Source of the DNA: Candidatus Magasanikiibacteriota bacterium
Lineage (GTDB): Bacteria; Patescibacteriota; Patescibacteriia; Magasanikbacterales; GWA2-37-8
Direction of reading: 5' to 3'
Length of the DNA stretch: 64,000 nucleotides
Assembly (NCBI GenBank): GCA_963802255.1
Contig: CAWDHY010000001.1
Coordinates: 363,842-427,841, forward strand
This document shows positions 9,901 to 19,948 of this stretch, piece after piece. A model generated the notes under the pieces. It did no database searches. It worked only from the letters and a program-made list of their open reading frames with translations, and was not told where the DNA came from. Each line of letters begins with the position of its first letter. Position 1 is the first letter of the stretch. The position numbers were made by a program, and so were the translations under genes.

Positions 9901-11706
9901 GGAGAAAAAATTAAGAAGATAGTTGATAAAATAATTTCTGAAACTGAAAAGAAATTAAAGGGCAAGGAATCCGGTTTGATTTTGGATACTGATATGAAAG
10001 AGGCAAAAAAGAGTGCGGCGTATGTGCGCGCCCAGCTTGATGCCGGAGCATTTATTGATGATGATGTATTGAAAAATCGTGCTGAAAATTTTGTTTCCAG
10101 GATAAACAGATTGTCTCTGGAAAGCATGGAAGAACCGTATTTTGATATTGAAGATTTACTTAAAGATGTTTCCGAACGTTCCCGCCGGCTGGAAAAAGAA
10201 ACAAAGAAAAATATTGAACGGGTGGCAAAACTTTCTAAAGACAAAAAAGCTCTGATATTTATGGCGGCCGGCGCTGTTATCGGCGGCGGTCTTGGTTATC
10301 TCGGATCGCAATTGTCGCAATATCTGCGTGCGCCAGCACCAAAAACAATAACACCGGCCGAACATGATATCGGCGTAACTGGCGGATCCAGATCAGTGGT
10401 GATGCCGTTAGAAAAAACTGCACCACCGGAAACTCCTTTATACCCAATTCCTCCGGAAACTCCGCTCAAGCCAATTCATGAAGGAGTGGGATTGAGTGCT
10501 CATAAGGCGGATATTGATAAAGCCCTGGAAACAGCTACAAGAAAAATTACCGAGCACGGTCCGGCCGTGCCCGCTGTCAGCACGTTAAGCGGTAAACCGA
10601 TGGAAGTTTCAGAATTGTATTCTGCCAGTATCAAAGATATTGAACATCCTCAGCCGGTGTTTTTAACCAGAGAGGAAAATATTGAACTTCAGCGACTCAC
10701 AAGCGGTAAAGCGGAAGGATCAGCGATTTTTGATTTTATTGAACGCGCTCATGAACGCGGTCAAATTTATGAAGACGCTAATGGAAATCAATATCATGCT
10801 GACGAACTTGACTTCACACCGGAAAAAAATATTACAAATCCGTATGATGCTGAGGGTCCGAAAGTCGGAAAGGGTGGCGTAGCTGAAGATTTGACTGAAA
10901 AAGTTAAAACAGCACCAAAGCAAAAAATTAAGAATCCTTATGCGGATGAGGAATTGTTGAAAAAGATTAAACCGACAAAGGCCGGGTCTTCCGCCAAATT
11001 GGATTCGTATGAAGACGTTTACGGAAAAAGTAAAATTATTCCAAAAGTACGGAATTTGGATTCAGTTGATGATGTGTACGGCAAAGACATACCGGCAGGA
11101 ATGACTCCGGAAGAAATAAAGGCAATCGGCGCGAGTGGAGATGAAAATATTTTGAAAGGTCCGGCTGAAGGGGTTGGGGCTCACGAACCGGCTGAGATTG
11201 AACAGATTCGTTTTAAAGGAGCGGATAAAGATATCAAAACACCGATTCCGGAAGAAAGACCGGTGGAAGATTTTACCGGAAGAGGGTCGGCTCATTCAGG
11301 TGAATCACTATCTCAGGATACTGCGCCAGCAAAATCTTCCGGTCCTTCGCCTGACGATCTGGAGCGGGAAAGAATCTTGAAAGAAATTGAAGAAAGAAGA
11401 CAAGCGGAAGCGGTTGAAGAACAGGATGACTTAGAAGTTGAAGAAGAAGCGGCACGAAATCCTGAGGTTACAAAAATTATTGCGCAAAGAGAGCAATCAA
11501 TGGCTTCTCAGCTCGCATCGCCAAAAGCAAGGTCGGCGTATAATTGGCTGGCAGAGCAAGCGGACAATAAAAATTTAAGTGAGGCCGATAGTACGGCGGT
11601 AAAAGGGCTGAAAGATGATTTTGTAAAGGATATGGTTGGCGATCGTAAGATCGAGCCTACATTACTTAGAAAAATAACGGCATTGCAGAAGAAAATTGGT
11701 CAATAA
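6976..11706 (+). CDS. Giant (1576 aa) K/E-rich coiled-coil protein with three glycine-zipper hydrophobic hairpins
   Basis: Uninterrupted 4.7-kb ORF, low-complexity charged alpha-helical sequence. Three segments (AGIGVGAAMIIGSGGAAAAVAGVSIVAA; GGIGAAVFGGGMAYAVAE...GAIAGAGLGLMI; LIFMAAGAVIGGGLGYLGSQL) look like membrane hairpins. Confidence 0.6.
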   Translation: MAQKNIGENERKGRDFSASAINGESDAQSLIDEIETNDREVDQKIAEMKAAGKFSSEIGDIGKKYHINGDDVYDAFEEACVNKNEDGSFTVADVDNLSKKLAEYHRSLQTFTDAYHGKKSGDNEADPEREKIGRKKEADTLKENEILRGIESELTTGQIRLKYCENTYRQIIESGMEIVLDEDMSERLNQFAKSMDYMQKTLDALVKIKDEIKNKFNSSDEISGGEVEEIYERLDKLGDNLKYLESWGVSISKRIEAKSKEQLDMLDKLVKLESQLQERKNKGKFRDEKTATLNDSLIEKINKLRAGVVRGAKLNGSEVAGLEDLAKKQILSPEEKGDVYAERMELYYKIRPRLQKENAEIEEMSDQLIWIGNRDKTAPPKMRELFSKAGKKIGDAIGLNNLLSRAVSLETNPPVDEIKEQLKEYEDTLPEARKLYNKLMPEIKLMKINSLRPKLMWAEGDIEKKKLNVEQRAMLEGWKSILKSGDVSLEELDVIADSLEEKIISPLKVAGEKESAAVRDKLVTAMRGREAEKKFEREGEEMNKAREKKFEPPKKKLKEQAGIKEESFGLDELGEAAPTKAEKTVLRKGVKEMMAESGVIEIDPQQIMDLLSDQEMKMLVFNVRKDAIERSDSNYNNFYQVLRDALNENIFKELKKEERDTMLKEVSSQTYIILRDAVKAETESQLLKAKSGEASRLAKAGKIGAKLLANVAMAAGIGVGAAMIIGSGGAAAAVAGVSIVAAREMNKRIAKSDVFQRAKARAGSLWERMTGGLFKKDKNQVDDDQVLKEVSEQIATKEKLAVILSNQIRENSSRDIIEQINFFAEQKQEAVKHPSPETSAKFENALDGVSKEFYKKALNYVSIEYGDKNLSDEELSRMAMTLTLTIGQNQRGDVAAASALSELEKKTKSPEERNWFLDKAEKFFKIRSGGIGAAVFGGGMAYAVAETSSIGRIVSGAIAGAGLGLMIEKKMRVGEGEKIKKIVDKIISETEKKLKGKESGLILDTDMKEAKKSAAYVRAQLDAGAFIDDDVLKNRAENFVSRINRLSLESMEEPYFDIEDLLKDVSERSRRLEKETKKNIERVAKLSKDKKALIFMAAGAVIGGGLGYLGSQLSQYLRAPAPKTITPAEHDIGVTGGSRSVVMPLEKTAPPETPLYPIPPETPLKPIHEGVGLSAHKADIDKALETATRKITEHGPAVPAVSTLSGKPMEVSELYSASIKDIEHPQPVFLTREENIELQRLTSGKAEGSAIFDFIERAHERGQIYEDANGNQYHADELDFTPEKNITNPYDAEGPKVGKGGVAEDLTEKVKTAPKQKIKNPYADEELLKKIKPTKAGSSAKLDSYEDVYGKSKIIPKVRNLDSVDDVYGKDIPAGMTPEEIKAIGASGDENILKGPAEGVGAHEPAEIEQIRFKGADKDIKTPIPEERPVEDFTGRGSAHSGESLSQDTAPAKSSGPSPDDLERERILKEIEERRQAEAVEEQDDLEVEEEAARNPEVTKIIAQREQSMASQLASPKARSAYNWLAEQADNKNLSEADSTAVKGLKDDFVKDMVGDRKIEPTLLRKITALQKKIGQ

Positions 11707-11728
11707 TTGGCTAAAATATCATATAAAT

Positions 11729-11753
11729 AAGGGCGCCCGACAGGGGCGCTCTT
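11729..11753 (+). terminator. Hairpin after the giant gene (AAGGGCGCC-cgacagg-GGCGCTCTT), weak T stretch
   Basis: Imperfect 9-bp inverted repeat 20 nt after the stop codon. Confidence 0.35.
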
Positions 11754-11760
11754 ATTGATC

Positions 11761-11789
11761 TTGACAAAATCGGTAAAATATGTTATATT
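11761..11789 (+). promoter_or_regulatory. Sigma70-type promoter: TTGACA - 17 nt - TATATT with extended -10 (TGt)
   Basis: Exact -35 hexamer and 17-nt spacer about 105 nt upstream of the FHA gene start; same architecture as the promoters at 18272, 18477 and 21647. Confidence 0.45.
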
Positions 11790-11893
11790 TCTTTGTTATG
11801 CTTTATTAAAAGGCATGCGTTCCTTTTATAGAAAATAGGCAAAAAAATTGTAACGAACATCCAAGAGGATGAAAAACCGAAAGGGGTTTTAAA

Positions 11894-13648
11894 ATGGCAG
11901 AGGATAAGAAGACGAAAGCTCTCACTTCACGCGGGAAAACCGTGGATGGAGAGTCGTCCGGAACGAAGCCGACGGGCACTTTGATCAGTGAAGCCGAAGC
12001 TCAGGCGGTAAGGGGCAATACGATGCCGCCGCCGAAGCCCGATCCCAGCCGGTTCCCCAGCACAATCGCGGAGATATCCGGTGAGGAGTCGGCCGATGAA
12101 GCGGACGTTGTCCGTGGAACGGAAGAACTGGAAGTCGGAGAGGGCGTTCGGCCGGTACGGCCGGACGAGACCATGCGAACGCGAGTTTCGGGAATGATCA
12201 AGGACGCACTCGGCAAGCCCGAGGAGCCCGAGCCCGTTCCCGCCAAGATCATCAACACGTCAGCCGCTAGTTCGGATACGTGGTCCAGCGTCGGCATCGA
12301 GGGCGATGAAGCGGCGGAAGAGAATCCGCTGGCGGATTTGCCCGCGCCAGAAATGGCCGAAGGCGAAGTGGTTCAGGATGAAAGTCCTGAAGTCGCTGAG
12401 CCGGAAGTGGTTTCGGCTGATGCGAGCGTGGATGCGGAGGAGGCCTCCCCGGAGGAAACGAACGGGACGCCTCACCAGGCGAGTCCTTACGTGGAGCTTC
12501 GGATGATCGAGGGCGGAATCGTTCTCGAGGGTCCTGCGGTGGAAGTGGGTGATGAGCTCATCATCGGCCGTGACAAGGGTTGCGGCATGGTGATCGAGTC
12601 GCGCTACATCTCCCGGCATCATGCGGTGATCACCAAGTCGAAGGATGGCGACAAGTTCGTCATCATCGATCTCGGGTCCAAGCAGAAAACGTTCGTCAAC
12701 GACTTCGTCGTGGAACGCGACAAGGAATTCGAAATCGCGCACGGAGATACCATCCGGTTTGGCCGGGCGGACTGCGGCGCCGAGCTCGTCTTTCACGATC
12801 CGATGGTTCAGAAAGCAGATGTGGTGGCGGATGCCACCGTCATGAACCCCGACACCGACAGCCAGCCGGCCGATTCCGTTTCTGCGGATGAGCCGGAGAA
12901 GGAGGAAGATGTGACGAAAGCGGAACAGCACGCTGAGACGCTCAGCATCGACACGGGCCCGCTCCAGGGTGCCGTCGACAGCGGAGGAAAGGATGGCGAG
13001 AAGCCCGACGCAGACGCGACGGTCGTACCGCCCGACTTGCCTCCGCCGCCCGCCGACATGAAGAAGGCAGATACCAAGGGCGACAAGAAGAAGCCCGCCG
13101 GCGCGAAGAGCGCCTCCGGTGGCGGAACGCCGCCGCGTCTCCCGCCCTCGACTCAGAACTACAGCAAGGTGCTCTCGTCGGTTTTCATCGTTCTCATGCT
13201 CATGGTGGTCTTCGTCTTCGGCGCTATCCTCGTCGTTCGCGAGGTGATACCGGGCATTACCGGTTTCTTCGCAGAAACGGCAACGGTCGTCCCCATAGCG
13301 CCGCCCGCACAGGTGGCGAAGACGTCGGCAACCCAGCTGGCCAGCACTCCGGTGCAGGGTGAGCTGGCCGACCAGGTGGTACTCGCGGTTCAGGTGCCGG
13401 AGTTTGCGGACCTCAGAAAGATCCAGCTACCCGATGCATATGTTCCGCCTGCCAAATCGCCGATCAAGGATTTCGCGAGAGGGGTAGTCCTCCCCAAGTC
13501 ATTTGAGGACTGCTTCCCCAAGAACGCCACACTCGAAGCGGCGGAAGTGGCCTGGTGTTGCTCCTTCTTGCATCCGAATGCGGGTGACCTGGATGAACTG
13601 ATCAGGATGTCCGACTGCATGATCAAGCTCGAGCAGATGCAATATTAA
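11894..13648 (+). CDS. FHA-domain membrane protein (N-terminal acidic/Pro-rich region, FHA domain, one TM, C-terminal Cys-containing extracytoplasmic tail)
   Basis: LIIGRDKGCGMVIESRYISRHHAVI...DLGSKQKTFVNDFVV...HGDTIRFG is a canonical FHA core (GR...SRxH...N.T.vN). TM segment VLSSVFIVLMLMVVFVFGAILVV. GC-rich codon usage (first gene of the island). Confidence 0.65.
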   Translation: MAEDKKTKALTSRGKTVDGESSGTKPTGTLISEAEAQAVRGNTMPPPKPDPSRFPSTIAEISGEESADEADVVRGTEELEVGEGVRPVRPDETMRTRVSGMIKDALGKPEEPEPVPAKIINTSAASSDTWSSVGIEGDEAAEENPLADLPAPEMAEGEVVQDESPEVAEPEVVSADASVDAEEASPEETNGTPHQASPYVELRMIEGGIVLEGPAVEVGDELIIGRDKGCGMVIESRYISRHHAVITKSKDGDKFVIIDLGSKQKTFVNDFVVERDKEFEIAHGDTIRFGRADCGAELVFHDPMVQKADVVADATVMNPDTDSQPADSVSADEPEKEEDVTKAEQHAETLSIDTGPLQGAVDSGGKDGEKPDADATVVPPDLPPPPADMKKADTKGDKKKPAGAKSASGGGTPPRLPPSTQNYSKVLSSVFIVLMLMVVFVFGAILVVREVIPGITGFFAETATVVPIAPPAQVAKTSATQLASTPVQGELADQVVLAVQVPEFADLRKIQLPDAYVPPAKSPIKDFARGVVLPKSFEDCFPKNATLEAAEVAWCCSFLHPNAGDLDELIRMSDCMIKLEQMQY

Positions 13649-13666
13649 TTTTTGCCTACCATTTCA

Positions 13667-13692
13667 GGGAAGCAACAGTCCTGTTGCTTCCC
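13667..13692 (+). other. Perfect 11-12-bp stem-loop GGGAAGCAACAG/CTGTTGCTTCCC directly after the FHA gene (no U-tract)
   Basis: Inverted repeat read directly; followed downstream by a second long inverted repeat ACGGGTGTT...AACACCCGT plus T8 ending at about 13854. Confidence 0.4.
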
Positions 13693-13914
13693 ATTCCCAT
13701 CGGATGCCTGTGTTAACGGACATCCCGAGGAATAATATTTTTTGCACTTTATCGCAATCACCTGGTTTTCACGGGTGTTGCAATAAAGTGCAACAAAACG
13801 CACCTTACAATATAACAAGCAAGGCAATTAGAAAAACACCCGTTTTTTTTCGAAGCAGAGGGTCCGTAACAAAACGCGCAGAGCGCGCGATAACGGAGAA
13901 AGGGAGAAATCAAG

Positions 13915-15384
13915 ATGAAGAGATTCTTCGTCAGTTTGTTCACGGCAGCGGCCATCATGTACTCGGTCGGCGTTTCCGCGCAGTCCGCGGTGGATGGTGA
14001 TTACGAGGTCCAAGATTGGATGACGGTGGATATCACCGAGTCCGATCCGGGCGCTCAGCAGAGCGCCACCAATCAGGCCGTATTCTTCGGTCTGCAGGAG
14101 GTGGCCGTTCATCTGAAGAGGCTCGAGAACAAGTGCACGTCACCCAATTCGGACGGCTGCACTGACGCGATCATCGCTGCCGAGAAAAAGGCCAGCGAGA
14201 TCGTGAAGACCCAGGGTCTCTCACCCAAACAGAAGCGCGCGGTCCGACGGATCGTCGATGAAGCCATCACGGCCGCGAACGTGGGCGACACCGAGGGTGT
14301 CAAGAAAATCCGCGAACAGCTCGCGGACCACGAACGGCGAATTGGCGATCTCGAGGGTGACGTTACGAAGCTCAAGAGCAAAGTGACAGCGATCGAGAGC
14401 GGTGGCACAGTGGTCATCTCTTCGGAAAGTGGTTCGTCGGTAGCGGATTCCATGGATACGCGGCGCAAGGCCGTAGTGGCGCAGTCCACGGCAGACGAGG
14501 CGTTGCGGGTGGCCAAAGAGGCCAAGACCGCAGCCGATGAAGCCAAGGCTGCCTCTGCCGGTGAAAATTCCGGTATTTCCAAGGAAGACTTCCAGATCGT
14601 CCGCGATGCCGCGGCTGACGCGCAAGCGCGAGCCGATCTGGCACAGCGTGCTGCCGAGGAAGCCAAGGAAGCGGCCGATAAGGCTCTCGCCGGTTCCGAC
14701 AACGCGAACGAGTCCGGTGATGCCGAGGCGCTCGCGGATGCCAACAGGCGTTCGGACGAGGCCCTGACACAGGCCAAGGAAGCTCTCGCCAAGGCGGAAG
14801 AGGCGCGCGAGAATTCCGATGGTCTTGCCGATCAGATCGCGGCGCTCAAGACCGACATCGGCGCTTTGGAAGCCAAGCTCGATAAGAAGCAGGATGCCAA
14901 CGAGGTGGAGGCCGGTCTCGGCTATTTCACCACCGGCAAGATTTTCGCCCCAACCGTAGGTGTTACCTACACCGTGCGGCGCGGAGATATCCGGCTGGCG
15001 ATTGGCGCTGACTTCGGCTACCACTTCTTCTACGACAACATCGAGTACGAGCCCGAGATCAGAATCCTGTTCAACAGCTACTTCCGGCTCGGATACCAGT
15101 TCGTGGATTGGTTCTCCGCAGGCATCGGCGCATTTTCCTACAGCGCCGGCCAGCCCTATTCCGACACTTTCGGTTTCGGAGCAGAGTTGAGCGCCCGGTT
15201 CAACTGGATGCTCACGGACGCTCTCGGAATGGCCGTGGAGCTCTGGGGAGGACCCACCTACGAGTGGCAGAAGGTCACTAATCCGGAACCGCCGGATGTC
15301 GGTGCCAATGAGATCTACAAAAGCACTGACCAAAAAGGCGGTGCTTCCGGCGCCGGAGGCCTCCGGTTGACCCTCACGTTCTAA
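13915..15384 (+). CDS. Secreted protein: signal peptide, Ala-rich coiled-coil stalk, C-terminal beta-rich domain ending in an OMP-like beta-signal (…GLRLTLTF)
   Basis: MKRFFVSLFTAAAIMYSVGVSAQS signal peptide. Heptad-like AKEAKTAADEAKAAS...AEEAKEAADKALAG region. The C-terminal 160 aa has alternating aromatic/hydrophobic beta-strand patterns and a terminal Phe. RBS GGAGAAAGGGAG upstream. Confidence 0.6.
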   Translation: MKRFFVSLFTAAAIMYSVGVSAQSAVDGDYEVQDWMTVDITESDPGAQQSATNQAVFFGLQEVAVHLKRLENKCTSPNSDGCTDAIIAAEKKASEIVKTQGLSPKQKRAVRRIVDEAITAANVGDTEGVKKIREQLADHERRIGDLEGDVTKLKSKVTAIESGGTVVISSESGSSVADSMDTRRKAVVAQSTADEALRVAKEAKTAADEAKAASAGENSGISKEDFQIVRDAAADAQARADLAQRAAEEAKEAADKALAGSDNANESGDAEALADANRRSDEALTQAKEALAKAEEARENSDGLADQIAALKTDIGALEAKLDKKQDANEVEAGLGYFTTGKIFAPTVGVTYTVRRGDIRLAIGADFGYHFFYDNIEYEPEIRILFNSYFRLGYQFVDWFSAGIGAFSYSAGQPYSDTFGFGAELSARFNWMLTDALGMAVELWGGPTYEWQKVTNPEPPDVGANEIYKSTDQKGGASGAGGLRLTLTF

Positions 15385-15410
15385 GTTCTTTCCTGCCTTT
15401 GTTTGTTCTT

Positions 15411-15438
15411 GGGGCGAATGCGTTCTGCATATCGCCCC
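15411..15438 (+). terminator. Hairpin GGGGCGAatgcgttctgcaTATCGCCCC after gene 13915-15384
   Basis: 8-bp GC stem 27 nt after the stop; only a weak T-run follows. Confidence 0.35.
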
Positions 15439-15628
15439 CTCTATTTTGCCAATTATTATTTGTTGGCAGAATAGGGGATACACTTTGGCCCTTTCGCATT
15501 TTTATGCGATAATACCAAAGAAAGAAATATAATCTGTTCATTACAACTGACTGATAGTAAATAAGACAGCCGATGATGGCTGTTTCAACACAGAAATTTC
15601 GGGCAAAGACCCGAGAAAGGAACATAAA

Positions 15629-17272
<1,644 letters not shown>

Positions 17273-17310
17273 TCTTATCAGTTAGTTAAGTTCTTTCCGT
17301 TTGTTCTTTT

Positions 17311-17341
17311 GCGGCCGCGTGTTCTCACGCGGCCGCTTTTT
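17311..17341 (+). terminator. Rho-independent terminator GCGGCCGCGtgttctcaCGCGGCCGC + TTTTT
   Basis: 9-bp GC stem then U-tract, 38 nt after the stop of gene 15629-17272. Confidence 0.6.
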
Positions 17342-17365
17342 ATTTTATTTTAAAAATTTTTTTAA

Positions 17366-17397
17366 TAAAAAAACACCGAGCCAGATTGGCTCGGTGT
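17366..17397 (-). terminator. Rho-independent terminator for the minus-strand gene (CACCGAGCC-aatct-GGCTCGGTG + U7 on the minus strand)
   Basis: Plus strand shows aaaaaaaCACCGAGCCagattGGCTCGGTG, 22 nt downstream of the 17420 stop. Confidence 0.55.
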
Positions 17398-17419
17398 GGG
17401 ATGTGCGGAAGAGCAAGGG

Positions 17420-18079
17420 TTAAAGAGCGGAGAGAGCGGCGGGGGGAAGTGGACGGTAGAGGCTGTACATCCGGAGGAGGCATTCGTTCCGATACGGAAC
17501 AGGCAGTGCCTCGCAGCAGGGTTGCACGTTCTCTCGGCACAACACCGGACCGCCGGAAAAGCAGATGTCGGAAGGGTTCGGCGTGATGGCCGGAGGAGCT
17601 GTGAGCGTCGGCGGCTCCTTGTCCGTCACGTCTTCTCCGCGGTTGGCCACGGAGTAGGCGATCCAGCCGGCCAGCAGCAGGAGGATGATGATGACGATGA
17701 TCCATCCGATGGGGATGTCCCTCACCGGGCGGTGCGGCGGCGTCTGCTCGGCCTGCTCACGGAGTCGGGCGTTCAGCGCCGCTTCCTCGGCGACACGTCG
17801 CGCTTCGGCCTCTTCGCGGAGGCGAGCGTTCTGAGCCGATTCTTCTGCTGCGCGTCGCGTGCGTTCGACTTCCTCGGCCGCCAAGCGCGCTTTCTCGCGC
17901 TCGACGCTTTCGTCCACCATCTTGATGCCTTTGTCCACGACCTTCATCGCGGCCGCGAACATCTTCGCGCCGTAGTCATCCACGCTTTTCGCCGTCTTGG
18001 CACCCGGCTTCTGCTGATCGCCAGTCTTGCCATGGCCTCCGCCTTGCTGAGAGCCGTTCTGATTATTGTCGTTTGCCAT
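17420..18079 (-). CDS. Membrane protein: Gly/Gln-rich N-terminus, AEEA/ARLRE-repeat coiled coil, one TM, short Cys-rich C-terminal tail
   Basis: Start MANDNNQ at 18079 with GGAG 7 nt upstream; TM IGWIIVIIILLLLAGWIAY; C-terminal ...DICFSGGPVLCRENVQPCCEALPVPYRNECLL. The annotated ORF-track start at 18163 is probably too long. Confidence 0.55.
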   Translation of the reverse strand: MANDNNQNGSQQGGGHGKTGDQQKPGAKTAKSVDDYGAKMFAAAMKVVDKGIKMVDESVEREKARLAAEEVERTRRAAEESAQNARLREEAEARRVAEEAALNARLREQAEQTPPHRPVRDIPIGWIIVIIILLLLAGWIAYSVANRGEDVTDKEPPTLTAPPAITPNPSDICFSGGPVLCRENVQPCCEALPVPYRNECLLRMYSLYRPLPPAALSAL

Positions 18080-18213
18080 TTGCAAATCTCCTTTTTTGGA
18101 ATGGCTTCTCGCCGGTTTTTTAGTTTGGTTGTCAATGGTGCTGCCAAAAAATGACAGTATCAATAAATAATCAAATTAAATATTTAAAATATATTGATCT
18201 AAATTAACTAATC

Positions 18214-18242
18214 ATCTTAGCACATTTATTGGAGTATGTCAA
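18214..18242 (-). promoter_or_regulatory. Candidate divergent promoter for gene 17420-18079 (minus strand TTGACA - 17 - TAAGAT, with aaatgtgc extended -10 context)
   Basis: Minus-strand reading gcccaTTGACAtactccaataaatgtgcTAAGAT; shares the aaatgtgc-TAnAnT context with the plus-strand promoters. Confidence 0.3.
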
Positions 18243-18271
18243 TGGGCTAATTGGCCATTTTGGTAGGGGGC

Positions 18272-18300
18272 TTGACAAAATCATACAAATGTGGTATACT
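18272..18300 (+). promoter_or_regulatory. Sigma70 promoter TTGACA - 17 nt - TATACT, extended -10 (TGg)
   Basis: cTTGACAaaatcatacaaatgtggTATACT; perfect -35, 17-nt spacer, 5/6 -10. Confidence 0.55.
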
Positions 18301-18306
18301 ATCCCT

Positions 18307-18430
18307 TGTAAGTGAAAAATATAAGTTTTTGGCCTGCGTTTGAGAGAGGCGCCTGTCAAAAACAACCTAAATATGCCTAATTATATCAAGGCATAATACC
18401 CGAAAACTCTCTCAAAAGGAGAGGTTTTTT
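18307..18430 (+). ncRNA. Candidate short transcript or leader from promoter 18272, ending at an intrinsic terminator (CUCUC-aaaag-GAGAG + U6) just before the second promoter
   Basis: tGAGAGAGg (18341-18349) can pair with CTCTCTCA (18407-18414); the same CUCUC can instead pair with GGAGAGG (18418-18424) followed by TTTTTT (18425-18430). Internal ATGCCT/AGGCAT hairpin. No ORF. Confidence 0.3.
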
Positions 18431-18476
18431 CTTTAAAATAAGGCAAAATTGTTCAATAGTTGAGTCTTTAATGGTG

Positions 18477-18505
18477 TTGACAAAATTGCTTAAATGTGCT
18501 ATACT
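18477..18505 (+). promoter_or_regulatory. Sigma70 promoter TTGACA - 17 nt - TATACT, extended -10 (TGc)
   Basis: gTTGACAaaattgcttaaatgtgcTATACT, about 170 nt upstream of the start at 18676. Confidence 0.55.
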
Positions 18506-18675
18506 TATACGTTAAGATAAATTTTCCTTTACTTTGCGCCTATCTTTCAAGAGCGGGTGCAGACTGAGGGAAATTTCCTTAGAAAAGCTCTTTTCATATA
18601 GAAAGAAGTTGAAAGAAACAGCGGCCGTGAGTCGGCCATAACAAGCCGCACTGCGGCGCAATATTGGAGGATCCG

Positions 18676-19714
18676 ATGAAAAACGTCATCGTGACCGTGT
18701 TCGTAGTGCACTGCGCCATGTTCGTTTCGGCGAACGCCCTCGCGCAGTACAATGGCGCTAGCCCCGCCGGCCCGCTCATCGTGGACAACTTGTCCGCCAT
18801 GCAGGCGGCCGGCCGGTGCGTCTCGCAGATCCAGACGGTCTGCAACGGCTACTGGAACGCCCCCGGGTGTTCGCAGGCCGTGATCGACTGCGACAAGGTA
18901 CGCTCCGGTGCCAAGAAGGCGGCCACCGGCCTGACCAAGAAGCAGGTCATCGCCATCGTTGAAGACGCAATCAAGGGTCTCGCCAGCAAGGCGGATCTCG
19001 ATGCTCTCGCGAAGCGTGTGGCCGCGCTCGAGGATGGTCTGGCCAAGGAAGCTGCGGCACGCGCCGCTGCCGATGAGGCACTCCAGGCGGATATCGACGA
19101 GCATAAGGCCGCGGAGTGTCACGACGGCGAACGGCGCTGCACGGACGAAAATACGCCGGCGGTTTGTACGGACGGTAAGTACGTCGACCAGCCAGACTGC
19201 GGCGAGGACACCTTCTGCAACGACGGGCTTTGTATGGAAGAAGCCTTGGGACGAGGACATCAACGCCCTGAAGGATGAAGTCATGTTCGAGATCGGCGCT
19301 ACGTTCTTCGGCGCTCCTCACCTTCAGGCGATCGGTGCCGCGGCTGGTTTGCAGCTGCGGATTGCCGACAACATCGCGGTGGTGGGAGACCTCGGGCTCG
19401 GCTACGCCTTCGACAAGGATGTGGCCGTGATCGCGAGTGGTGGTGTTGTCTTCTACGTGACCGAGAAGTTCGGTCTCGGACCCGTCGCACTCTTCGGCAA
19501 GGAGAGTTTTGATGACGAAGGTGACGTCGAAGTTGGTGGAGGTGTGGAGCTTCGGTTCCGTACCGGCACCGGTTTCTTCGTCTCTGGAACCATCGGCCTC
19601 GGCGCTGAGGGAGTGCTTCAGAAGATCGGCACGCGTCCTGACGGCGAGAAGCTGACCGACCGCGAGTGGGGCCTGGCCGTCATGGGCGGGCTCATGATCG
19701 GCGGCGAGTTCTAA
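18676..19714 (+). CDS. Paralog of 13915-15384 (signal peptide, Cys/coiled-coil region, C-terminal beta-rich domain ending ...GGLMIGGEF), interrupted by a +1 frameshift near 19233-19247
   Basis: GGAGG RBS + ATG at 18676, signal peptide MKNVIVTVFVVHCAMFVSANALAQ. Frame 1 runs to 19278 (…FCNDGLCMEEALGRGHQRPEG*). The overlapping +1 frame (ORF 18959-19714) continues …WDEDINALKDEVMFEIGATFFG…, homologous to the C-terminal domain of 13915-15384. Either a pseudogene or a sequence error. Confidence 0.5.
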
Positions 19715-19948
19715 CCAACCAGTTCTTTCCTTTCTATATAAGGTCGGCGCGATTCTGCGCCGGCCTCCCAACTCTTGCGTACAAAATTTGTTCGCAGAAG
19801 TTGGGACCAAAGTTCTCATATAAAAATTGGGAACGACGGAGCACCCATTAAAATAGCTCTTTGAAATATTATTAGGAACTTAAAAGTTTAGAAACGCAAC
19901 GAACGAAACACATCCCGACACGTCGGGATTGACAAAAAGGAGATACCG

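Noticed and set aside
8016-10365. Antisense ORFs within the giant K/E-rich gene (8016-8738, 9027-9281, 9798-10244, 10156-10365)
   Set aside because: These are low-complexity mirror frames of a GAA/AAA-rich coding strand, not genes.
6433-11706. Prophage tail module (chaperones + tape measure)
   Set aside because: No integrase, capsid, terminase, baseplate or lysis genes are in the window, and composition is host-like. Kept only as a low-interest note.
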